A stretch of 64,000 nt of DNA, from contig NC_043009.1 in NCBI RefSeq assembly GCF_006345805.1, positions 22,940,001 through 23,004,000 on the forward strand, read 5' to 3'. The stretch comes from Octopus sinensis. Its lineage: Eukaryota. Below, one piece after another: positions 53,092-64,000 of this stretch. The position numbers were made by a program, and so were the translations under genes. The first letter of the stretch is position 1, and each line of letters starts with the position of its first letter. A model generated the notes under the pieces. It was not told the DNA's origin. It worked only from the letters and a program-made list of their open reading frames with translations, and searched no databases.

Positions 53092-55490
53092 CTGCAAAAT
53101 AAAATAGAATAAAATGAAATGAAAGGCATAAAACGCAGCACTCCCTAGGTATGAAATTTTCTTATGATCAAGACAACAAAACACAGAAATAATAATAATA
53201 AAGACACACACAATATTTCTGACAAAGTATTTTTATGGAAAGTCAGCCAACATATGCAATAATTAAGTTAGTGTTAACATATTTAATGCAGGTATCACTG
53301 GTTGGCATAGAAAAATAGAATTCTCTAGAATATGAAAAAAAAAAAAAACTCTCAGAGACGCCATCTGCATGAAAAGATAACAGTTAAATTAGTGTTAACA
53401 TATTTAATGCAGGGAGCATTAAAATGTTAACTCGAAGTTAATATTTTTTAAAGTATATTTTCAACTAAATGTTAATAATTTCTTCATTTGCCCTAACTCT
53501 TACTTATTAATGCACATGTCCATTTATCTCAGAATGGAAAATTTCTTCAAAAAAAGTAGGATTGATTCGAAGGACACTTGGCTGCTATTTCTAGCAGGTT
53601 TGAATGACAACATACAGGACCCCTCATTTGCCTACTACATATCTTACTTTACCAAAGAAAAAATAATTTTGTAACTCACAATAAAATTGTCGTTTAACCC
53701 AGGTCAGCTCTCACAGCAACTCTATGATCAAACCTGTTCTACCCATAACCAACCCTATCTTTCTCTTTCTGGTACAGTGTACATAAGACTACATTCTTCT
53801 AATTTTTCACAATGGTGGCCCTTTATAGCCATGGGCCCTAACTCCAACTCCCCATCTAAACTGAAAAGTCCTTGTATAGCAGGCTTGTGGGTGCTGGTGC
53901 AATGCATCTGTGCCATGCATAAAGCACCTGGGCTGGTGCCATGTAAAGAGCACTCAGTACACTCTGTAAAGTGTTTGGCATTAGGAAGGGTATCCAGTCA
54001 TAGAAGCCATGCCAAAACACCTAATTGGAGTGTGGGCAGTTCCTGTCAATCCGCCTGCATGGAGAGCACATGTTAAATGATGATGATGATGTGGGGAAAT
54101 TTGGCTGCTAGTTTTAGAAGAATGTGCAGCTTCAGCTTCCACATTGGTTCACTAATAAGGTTGAGCTTACAAACATGTAGAGCAGCATGCAATTTAAATA
54201 GCTTTTCTGGAACCTATGACTAATAAGGTGAGCTATGGTAAAGACACAAGAATGGTTGTGAGGTTAAGAAGTTCACTTCACAATTACAGTTTCAGGTTCA
54301 GTTTCACTGCATGGCACTCTGGGCAGGTATCTTTGATAACCCCTGGCTTAAAAATGAATTGTGAGTAGAATCAATAATGAAAGAGGCACAGGGAGAAAGA
54401 GAGGGATAAAATCTGCATGGAAGCCCATCATATACACATCAGTGCTAATGCTTACATTCACTGACACCATCATATAAAAATCACTTGAGCAAAAGTGTAG
54501 CTGTCATATTGACAATTCTATCGACTAATCACCTTGAAGCTGAGTAAATCCTTTACTCGTAAAACAGTCAAGGGTTAGCAACAGGGAAAGCATTCAGCTT
54601 TAAAACAATGTGTCTACAAATTGTCTTTGCCCAACATATGCTAGCATGGTATAAAAAAAAAATGGATGTTAAAAGAGCAAACATGATACTATGAAGTCAG
54701 TTTTAAAACTGGCATTAAAACCTGTGAGGGTGATCAGTTTGTCCCTTCAGGTGTCTTGTGTAATAAAGTCATGAAATCCAAGTAGAATCATTCATTAATT
54801 TGCAAGCCAAAGAGGAAGAGTCTGCATGGTTGCTTGACCCACTAGACATAGCAGCCAAAAATATCCTATAATCCATTTCTTACCACCACTGGATAAAGTG
54901 GATCAGTGTACAATATTCCTGGAAAAAACATAGACACAGGATGGTTAAGACTGTTCCAGGTTTTGACCACAGGCCTGTTCAATCAAAGCTGATTTGAGAC
55001 TAAACAGCAACAACGATTCTTTGATTTGTAATGAATATACAAGATTTTCACCTAATAGAGTAAGTGACAGATTCTTGATTCTTTTGACCACAAGGCTAAC
55101 ATTATTTTGTGAGACAAATTAGCTTTACAGCAATCATCCTACTTCAGTATATTACTGCTACTTATTTCACATTGTGCTGAAGAGACAAAAGTCAAACTTA
55201 GAGCAGTATAGTTCTGAATTAGACACAGCTAAACTAGAACTACTGTCCACAGCCTCCACATCTCCACTGTATGATAATGATGATAATACCTACTAACATC
55301 AGAGGGGAGAGAACAATCACTTAAAGCAAAGTTGAGCCCAGCAGGAATATGAACTCGGAACGTAATAATGATAATTGAATAAATTATAAATAAATCTCAT
55401 ATTTTCTAATAGAAACTAGTTGACAAACAGCTTACAGTTAACATTTTACACACACACACACATACATACATATATGTATGTATAAACACA

Positions 55491-56602
55491 TACAGGGTCC
55501 AGCATAGAAATCTGACAACATACAAATGTTAGTAAATAGATTATCAACTTTATTGTCTGAATGTACAAAACAATGGGTGCCATTTACAAGCATATAAACA
55601 ACACCTAAGTAACTATTCATGAGTCCTTAAAATTGCTTCAAATTTTGGCACTGGGCTAGCAATTTGAGGGAAAGGGATTGGTTGATTATATTGATGACCC
55701 TGAAAGGATGAAGGGCAAAGCAGACTTTGCGTAGGACTTAGTCTTTAGAATATTGCCAACCAAACATTTTCCCATTCTTCTGCAAGCATACACTGTAGTC
55801 AGGTATTTATTGCATCATGTAATGAGGTTTTGCCTCAAATAGCAGCTTTCAATATGTGAGGAATATTGAACATTTTCCTTTTGTGGCAGCTCATCACAAA
55901 CAGAAGTATCAGATAACTGAGCAGGCAGGCTATATGTCATTGCCTTGCGAAATGACATGGTCAGAAAACATTTCTTCAATAATGTCCATAGAAGCTCTTG
56001 CTGCATGGGTGTGTGCTTCATCTTGTAGAAACTTTGCATGTTGTGTATTAATGCCACGTTTATTCAATTTTGGGGAAAAGAAGATGCACAATTTGACACA
56101 ACACAATGATGAGAATTCAGTTACAATGTATCTGCTCTCTTGAAAGAGACATCAGTCTTTCACACTAATGTTTACGTCACAGCACCACACTGTTACACAT
56201 TCATTCACAGTGAAGGCAACACTCATGAAGTTACTGTGGACTGCTGTGTTACTAGTAGCATATATTTTGCCCATTTATGCCACCTAACAGCTAGAAAGGT
56301 ACTTTACTGCTCATGAGAAATATTTTCTGCAAACTTTTTCTGGCTTCCCCCAATCATATGGATTCATTTTTTTTTTGCATAATTTATACTCCTATGAATA
56401 AGAGAATTTAATTCAAGGTACAATATTATTTGCACATTATTATCTGAATTACACAGTATAGAGACACGTTTTGTTGCAGAATAACAAGAATTGTTTGCAG
56501 CCCTCTTAATAGCCTTAATATTCTTCAGTATTTCATTTGCACACTCCCTAACAACATTTGAAAATTTAAAACTATCAAAATTCCCTGCTGGATCATGTGT
56601 GT
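55491..56602 (-). mobile_element. Decayed Tc1/mariner-superfamily DNA transposon
   Basis: 56031-55930 translates as FLQDEAHTHAARASMDIIEEMFSDHVISQGNDI*, matching the FQQDGAxAHTAR...WPxxSPDL transposase region. Degenerate TIRs TACAGGGTCCAGCATAGAAATCTGA and its complement near 56578-56600 (17/23 match). Confidence 0.7.
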
Positions 56603-57798
56603 ATGTATTTAAACATAATAATATCCATACACACACACAAGCATGTGTAGACATAAGTGTACACACACACACACGCATATATACATACATACACAAACAC
56701 ACACTATGACATGACAACTTACACATTCAATAAAAACTACATGCAAGATAATTGTTGTGAGAATATATATATATATTTTCACACATATACATATATAGAT
56801 AGAGAAGTACAAGAACAAAGATTAAATTGTTAATGAAATGCAATGTAACACAATAATAATGCTAACCAAAATAAAATTTTGGAAATCTGAAAAATTAGTA
56901 AAAACGAAAAACAAAAATAAAAATGGGCGAAAGAAAGAATGCAGGAAAGAAAACTACACACAGAATTTGGCAGAAAAATAAACAATGCCATGGAAGCATG
57001 CAAAATGGTAAATCCTGTTGCAACCAAAAGTGGTCTGACAACAACAGTCAACAGTCTTTCAATCAGCAAAAGCTAGAATTCAAAACCAAAATGAAAGTTT
57101 ATAGCGTAAGGAGTGAGACGCTGTGCTGAAGCGTACTCTTCCAACCCATGCTAGCATGGAAAATAGCAGATGTAAAAATGATAATTTGTTTTCAAAAACA
57201 CTAAGACTAACACCATACATGTTTGTGTTTGTGTGTGTATATATATATATACGAGTGCACATGCACACCAGCCTGCACAGAGACAAAAGTTCTCTCTCAC
57301 ACACAACAGGCAGTCCACAGCATACATTGGACTATTAGTGTCACATTCTTTGACCACTAGACATACTTTAGTTATAAACCTTATACACACTATTACAACT
57401 CAGAAATTTCAGGAGTACAGAATAAGTGGTACTATACTACATGGCCTTAGACTTAGCAATTATCTCAGGTACTATGAAAAGCTTAAGTGAACAACAAATG
57501 TACACACAATCCAGCAAAGTATATTCTTTGACTTCGGTCTGTCTTGTACTTCTATATTAAAAAATAAATAAAATAAAATAAAATAATAATTGCTTCCATA
57601 TGAATTAATGATCTTAAAATCTGATGTTATATATATATAAGATCATTAATCTGTTGAGAAGGAGAATAAATTCATGAAGGTAGTGTAGCATCAACTGCAA
57701 TAAAGTTGCCATTAAGAATATTTGATGATGGAAGTTCCGATTTCATTCTATTTTGTTTTTGTTTTTGGCATTTTTTTTTTGGGACAAGGTTTACTCAC

Positions 57799-57849
57799 TC
57801 ATCTGCTGGGTCATCTGTTTTTACACCACCAGTCGTTGGTTTCTTTTCA
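57799..57849 (-). CDS. SMARCA5: Candidate 51-nt symmetric micro-exon of SMARCA5 (copy 1), encodes (D)EKKPTTGGVKTDDPAD
   Basis: Acceptor tttctttctatgacag, donor gtgagtaa, 1+48+2 nt (phase 2-2), no stop. The terminal GA plus the first C of exon 53091 gives GAC = D of DHRHRR. Confidence 0.78.
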
Positions 57850-58455
57850 CTGTCATAGAAAGAAATATTTTGCATTACAAACAAAACATTGGAAAAGTGG
57901 CAGGAACAAAGATCTAGTACAAATAAATATGGAAGCATAAAAAAAAAAAAAATTAATAATTCATGCCTACCGAGATAATTGTCAAGGATGTAAAGAATTG
58001 GATGTTGAACAATTGATTCCAGCTTTTTGATGTATAAGAATTGGTAATTAGTAAAAGATAGAACACAATAGAAGTGACTACATATATATATATATATATA
58101 TATTTATTAAAAAATGTATATAATAGAGAAAGAGAGAAAGAGTTGCAGTAATTTAAATTACTGCAGGGATTAAGAAACTGCATTAACTATATATTAGCTA
58201 AGAAAACATTGTACCTTTTTAGTAACTATACTGAAAATACTCATATCTATGACAACACTGCAGTGGTTAATGGACTTACTCACTGTATATGGAATGATAA
58301 CACCACTACTGTTGTAGGTAAACTGTATTAGCCATACGTATAAATGTGACAATACTGTTGTTATTGCAAATGTTGTGAAATTGTACTGACCAACTATGGA
58401 ACTATCACAATACTGCAGAAGTAGGTGAATTGTATTGACCATATACAGAACTCAT

Positions 58456-58508
58456 TCTTCACCTGAGGCTTCTGATTTTACTCTAGCAGTCTCTGTGCTT
58501 CTTTTCCA
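58456..58508 (-). pseudogene. Degenerate copy of the micro-exon (pseudo-exon, copy 2)
   Basis: Alignable to the intact copies (gaaaagaag...gtaaaatcagaagcc...gaaga), but the acceptor AG reads TG, the donor GT reads AT (atgagt), the length is 53 nt and there is an in-frame stop. Confidence 0.7.
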
Positions 58509-59165
58509 CAATCATGAGAAATAACTATTTCTATTTTACAATCAAGAAAAGATTTCAAAAGCAAAACTTATGAAAGTTGAATAATTGAGCCTGGTTTTTG
58601 ATGATTAAGAGTGGGTCACATTGGAAAGATAGAGCTAAGACAGAAATCATGGAATAACCAAATATATACAATATAGACACAGTTCTTTATAAATAAGATT
58701 AGTAAAGCATGGTTGACTAAAGAGGAAACTTTAGTAAAACTCTCCCCCATTCCCAATCAAAGAAAAAAAAATGTACAACTAAACCACTAAGACAATATCT
58801 ATACATTGTTACGTTGCATGAAAGTGACTTTAGAAATTGGCACTAAAAGAAAGAATTGTGGAGAAAAGTAGTAGGTGATAAAGTAACTTTATGTAAAAGT
58901 CACACACTGCAGAGAAGGGTTGCAATGAAATGACCAGAAAAATATGAGACAACAGCATTAGAATGAGTGGTATAAAGAGACACAACATTGACCATAGATG
59001 TTACCGACAACACTGAAGTGGTATAGAAACTGTACTGACCACATAGAGAACCTACGATAACATCACTGCAATGGTAGGTGAACTGCATTGAGCATATACA
59101 GATGCAGAACTACCACAACACTGCAGTGATAGGGAAAACTGTATGGGACCATACATGGCACTTAC

Positions 59166-59216
59166 TCTTCTTCTGGGGCATCTGATTTTACACCATCAGC
59201 GTTGGGTTTCTTTTCA
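59166..59216 (-). CDS. SMARCA5: Candidate 51-nt symmetric micro-exon of SMARCA5 (copy 3), encodes (D)EKKPNADGVKSDAPEE
   Basis: Same acceptor tttctttctatgacag, donor gtaagt, phase 2-2, open frame. Confidence 0.75.
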
Positions 59217-60095
59217 CTGTCATAGAAAGAAATATTTTCTATTTTATAAACAAAACATTCATTTCAAATGTAAACAACAAAGATCTATCACAAACAAACA
59301 TGGAAACATTCACTTTTTAAAATTTTGTTTTTTCTCAATACATACACATACATAACATGTCTTGCATATATCTGCTGAGTTTGTAAAGAAATGACAGCTG
59401 AATGAACAACTGATTCTAGCTTTTGATATAATTAAGGTCATTAGTAAAAAAAAAAATAAAAAGATAAAAATGATGAGAAACACAATCGATATAACCTAAT
59501 CAATACAAATAAAAAAAAAAGATGAGCTTTTTTTAATTATAATAAAGACAACTATGACTATATAGAAAACTAGAAAAATTAATCCTTCCTCCATAAAAAA
59601 AAAAAACAAATAAATAAAGCAGTGAAATAAGACAGGATAAAAAGACTTTAGAAAATGATGTTCAAAAGGTAGAACTATAGAGAAAAGCACTGAACGATAA
59701 AATGACTTCATACAAAGCCAAACACTATGGAGAAGGGTTGTGATGAAATGACCAGAAATTTGGGACAGCAGCACTGGAATGATTTATGTAGGAGAAATAT
59801 GGAGCTAGTACTTTTCTACAGTGGAAGGTGAACTGTACTGACCACACATGTGACTAAGACAACATTACAATGACAGGTGAGCTGTACTGATTATATATGT
59901 AACTATGACAACTAAATTCACCATATATGGAATGATGAAAACAACACTGTATTTGTCGAAAATACTATACAATTCATACATGGGAACTGTATAGATCACA
60001 CTGCAGTGGTTGGTGGGGACTCCACTGACCATATATACAACTAGGACAACACTGCAGTAATAGGGAAACTGTATGGGACCATACATAGCACTTAC

Positions 60096-60146
60096 TCTTC
60101 TTCTGGGGCATCTGATTTTACAGCATCAGCCTTTGGTTTCTTTTCA
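60096..60146 (-). CDS. SMARCA5: Candidate 51-nt symmetric micro-exon of SMARCA5 (copy 4), encodes EKKPKADAVKSDAPEE
   Basis: Same acceptor tttctttctatgacag, donor gtaagt, phase 2-2, open frame; 3 nt different from copy 3. Confidence 0.75.
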
Positions 60147-61019
60147 CTGTCATAGAAAGAAATATTTTCTATTTTATAAATGAAACATTTAAAATGAAAA
60201 CTTCGGAATGTGGGAACAACAAAGATCTACTACAGACACATAAACATTATCTTTTTCCAGTACATACACGTACACACACATCTTGTGACACATCTGCCAA
60301 GCATATAAAGAACTGGAAGTTGAACAATTTATGTCAGTCATTGATGTGTTGGTCTCATGAATTACAAGAGAGAGAGGCATGACACATGAGAGAAATGACC
60401 AAATATATACACACAGTTGTTTAAATCACTATAAAGGAGTTGCAGGAAATATGTATTAACTAAACACAGAACAATGACAGCAATGCATTGATTGGGTGGG
60501 GAACTTTACTGATTGTACATAAAATCACACAACACAAAAGTGACTACAGAAATGAGTATATTCAACTCTATAAAAATCACTTCCAACAATACATAACAGA
60601 AATATTTATACAATTAACACCATTACTCAAGCAGGTTTTGAACTAAAGTTTCTGCAAATTAAGAGTCCATCACACCAATCTCAAAGACCAAGTTTCATTA
60701 CTCTCTCATTTCACTATGTTTGGTCAGAGGAATAAATGATCTTTTAGAAAAATAGAAAATCCAAATGGAGATATATAAACATGTTACACATCAAAATTCA
60801 CATTTTGCTTGTATTTTTTCTACATAATCATCTCTCTCTTTATTTTTTGGTAGAATGTTTTTCTGTGTCCTTTCTTAAATTTAGCATATATGTGTATATA
60901 GACTAATGTCGAAATCTTACAAAACAAATTTAAATATTCATGTCAAATGTTAGCGTAAATAAATGATGGGCCACAAATGAGTAGGTTATAAAGATCAGCT
61001 GCAGGAGGGAAGACTGCAC

Positions 61020-61170
61020 TTGCATGGTCATATTGGTATATGATCTACATTATCCAATGATGGTAAGGAATGGAAGACAACAATTGAATAAAAAAGTGAT
61101 ATACAATCCAAGTAGGGGAATCCTAGAGAAGAGGAAGACCAAAGAAGGCATGGGAGGAAATGATGATGGC
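61020..61170 (+). mobile_element. Old RTE LINE 3' remnant
   Basis: AGAGGAAGACCAAAGAAGGCATGG = RGRPKKAW, the RTE C-terminal motif, followed by (ATG)n. Confidence 0.5.
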
Positions 61171-64000
61171 TGTTCTCAGAATGCTTAACCCAAGAAAAGA
61201 GGTAACAGAAGACTGCAAATAGTGGCAAGATGGTCTTCTGGAGATGACCCATCAAATCTATACAAGAATGGAATAATAAACGATGATGATAATAATAATC
61301 AGAAGTCGATCAGCTGAGATAGTTTACAGCTCTTGTATTCATTATGTTTTCCATGTTCTGGCATAAAAAAAAATTACAGACTCCACTTGAACCAAATGTT
61401 ATGGTTTTCTTCTAAACACAAGGTCTAACCACAATGAAAAGTACACCAAGAATGGGTTTAAGAGATGGATTTAGGAACATTGTAAAAGTGAAGTCCAAAG
61501 AGAAGCAGTTTTCAGTGTCTGCAACAGAATTGATAATGACATAAAAATATAGGTCATTAAATGATGAGAGACTTACATCTGAGAGCTGTTAGACCAGCAT
61601 GATTTTTTTCATTAAAGATAATAACATTTTGATACAGAGCAAGACAAAACTACTTGAGAAGAGTTTTAACATTTTAGATTACTCTGTCAAATGTAATGCT
61701 TACTTATTCGTATTGTTTTGAATTAATCATGCATTATCTTGTAGCTTTGACATTTTGATGATGGAATTGTTTAGTTTTAAAATAACATTGAAGGGTAGGT
61801 GTGAGAGGCCAGATCTGGCTGGTTTAAATACTAAAGGGTTAAGTGAATTTAAAGGAAATATTTTAAAAGCCAAGTACCCTTGCTTACACAAACTACTCAA
61901 CCATGAAGGTTATTATTTTTTTCAGAAGACTGGATGAAACAACATTCCTCAGCAAAAAATGTAGATGTAAAAGATAACAATAAGAATGGAACCAAGATTA
62001 AAAGACATTTCAGATGGTATTTAAATTTACTTTCTTTGAAAATCAGCAAAACTTCTTCATTGTATCAAAAATCTTAATTTCAACCTCAGAGGCTCATTAA
62101 GCATTTCGTCTCACTGTCTGAACAGCACAGCAGTCTTTCTTAACATGTATTTAATGAGAGGAAAAAAAATGCAAGATTGGATTTGAGTTCATTTTCTTCA
62201 GGTCTTTAGACAAAAGCTGACCATTCAGTCACTGCAAGTGGACTGCACATAAAAGTTTTAATTCTGTATTTGGTTTAATTACATTTTTTTTTTACCCAAA
62301 ATGGAAGAGAATTCATGCTTTATCAAAAGCCTAGGCAACATGCATGCATTCAAAAGTTAATAGCTATAAAACAACAAATTAACTATTAATAGCAATGATA
62401 ATCTTTTTTAACTTAGCACAAGGCTGCCACACATTTTGGTGGGATAGAAATACTTGACCGATACTTTATTTTAACTGACCCTAGAAGAATGACAGATAAT
62501 GTCAACTTTGGCAGGATTTGAACTCAAAACATAAAGGAGCTAAATTAATTACTACATGGCATTTTGTCAAGAGGAAACAGTCTTGACTGTCAGGCATTTC
62601 CTAAAGACTGTACAGTGGTTCAGAGCTATATTTGAAACAATCACAATCTGAATTTGGTGAACTGTTCTATGAATACACTAAAATATCCCAACATGAATAA
62701 TAATAAAAATGACAACTAAAATTAAAAAACAAAATATGCAATTCGTAAGTATTTTTCTGTGGAGGAGTCTAGCTTTCACCAGAAAAGTAATAAATACACA
62801 CAATTCACAATTTTGTTTCTTTCAACCCCAATAACAATGATCAAATACAAAAACAAACTTTTCATTGAAAAACACTTGAAAAGAGCCCCCCCCCCCCAAG
62901 TCTGAAATTTTTGAAAAGTCTTATGCAGAAAAAACAAAAAAAAAAATAAAACTATTCAAACCATGTTAGCTACAGGATCCTTAACTGCTGGGCTAATATA
63001 TTTTCATTTTAAATAAACTGTTTGATGATCTGCCCAAACAAGTTGGCTAGCCTATTAATGCTCGAACTACTTCAGTAACAAGACAACAAAAGAAAAGCTA
63101 CAATGAGGTTATTCAACCTACTAAAGTTAGCACCAAAATTTCCCTCAAATTATCTTCCTACTATATTCACAAATTGAGAATAGAGAGTAAAAGAGAGGAC
63201 GGTTATAGCTGGAATACCAATGATCGTAGGCTTGCCTGTTCAGTGCTGACTTGGGCTAAACGATGTTTAGTTCATTTGAACATATTATGTGATGTAGTTC
63301 CAAAGCCAACTCTAGGACTTTATGCAGTTCGCTGCCTTATAGATCAGACAGTCTTGTCAGATGGAGATGAAGAAACTGCATTGATATCAGGCTGCAAGCA
63401 GCAAAGTAAATACTAGCTTCACTACAAGCAAATGTCCATCCAGATGATAAAGTGATGAACACAGCCAAGATATACATAAATACATATAAGTGCACACATG
63501 TATCTTAAAAACTGATACATGGTGGAGGTCATGCTTCTGTCCAGGTGGATAACTTTTCTGTTACCTGTGACCCGATAAAATGTACCCAGTTAATGATGTA
63601 AAGTGGTTGGCGTTAGGAAGGGTGTCCAGCCATTAAAAACCATGACATAAACCTTGACAGAGATTGGTAATGTTGTCGAGTTATTCAGGTAATGAAAGAC
63701 TTTGAAAAATGGCAAGATGCTGTGTTGAAACAGACACATTCAATCCAAACTAACATGGAAAGAAATCAGATATACACATTCATACTTTTATATATAGACA
63801 CCAAGTATTTGATTAAACTCATGACTATACAATTCATTAACTTTTTTTTTTGCCACCTAAATTTTTCATCTTTTCAAACCTAGAACAATCCAGTCTTTGA
63901 TCATGTTCCTGCTGCCACGTTTAATGGAAATATCATTTAAGATAGTTTTGGCTCATATTTTCCACAATAGTCTATGAATGATGACAAAAGAGCAAACAAA

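Larger units (their letters stand above)
57790..60300. repeat. Tandem array of four micro-exon-containing units (spacing about 655, 710 and 930 bp) with an internal degenerate ~40-bp minisatellite
   Basis: The exon and its acceptor-side flank (ctgtcatagaaagaaatatttt...aacaaagatcta) recur near 57850, 59217 and 60147. ACTGCAGT...GGTGAACTGTACTGACCATATA-like units recur at about 58200-58450, 58900-59160 and 59680-60090. Confidence 0.85.

Noticed and set aside
53268-53412. 25-bp direct repeat (ttagtgttaacatatttaatgcagg) about 120 bp apart
   Set aside because: Most likely a small local duplication; no identifiable element lies between the copies.
63692-63883. ORF MKDFEKWQDAVLKQ...
   Set aside because: Short, with no recognisable family or splice context, and antisense to SMARCA5 intron sequence.
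60200-64000. Search for the upstream SMARCA5 exon (expected ...RFEYLLKQTELF...) and first exon
   Set aside because: No convincing match found; candidates such as the donor-like site near 61572 lack ISWI similarity. These exons probably lie beyond the window.

Overview
AT-rich, repeat-dense animal genomic DNA. The tRNA-derived SINEs, RTE and CR1 LINEs and long (TA)n tracts point to an octopus (coleoid cephalopod); that assignment is inference. Two spliced genes converge. On +, the last three coding exons of the HECT E3 ligase UBE3A/E6AP (4305-9151). On -, a nearly complete ISWI chromatin remodeller SMARCA5/SNF2H: 20 exons from 53091 to 24983, all phases consistent, with the 5' end outside the window. 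The main finding lies upstream of the first recognisable SMARCA5 exon: a tandem array of four related units (57.8-60.2 kb). Three carry an intact, symmetric (phase 2-2) 51-nt exon encoding a 17-aa Lys/acidic repeat, and these splice in frame directly onto the AutoN 'DHRHRR' motif. The fourth copy has lost both splice sites and its frame. Other items: a stop-free 126-nt in-frame intron in ATPase lobe 1, a Met>Gln change just before motif VI, an AT-hook-like C-terminus, a 1.6-kb near-identical duplication between a UBE3A intron and the intergenic region, a head-to-tail SINE array between the genes, a 73-bp-arm intronic hairpin, and several MITE families. There is a 100-N gap at 3693-3792. No CRISPR, rRNA or genuine tRNA genes were seen.
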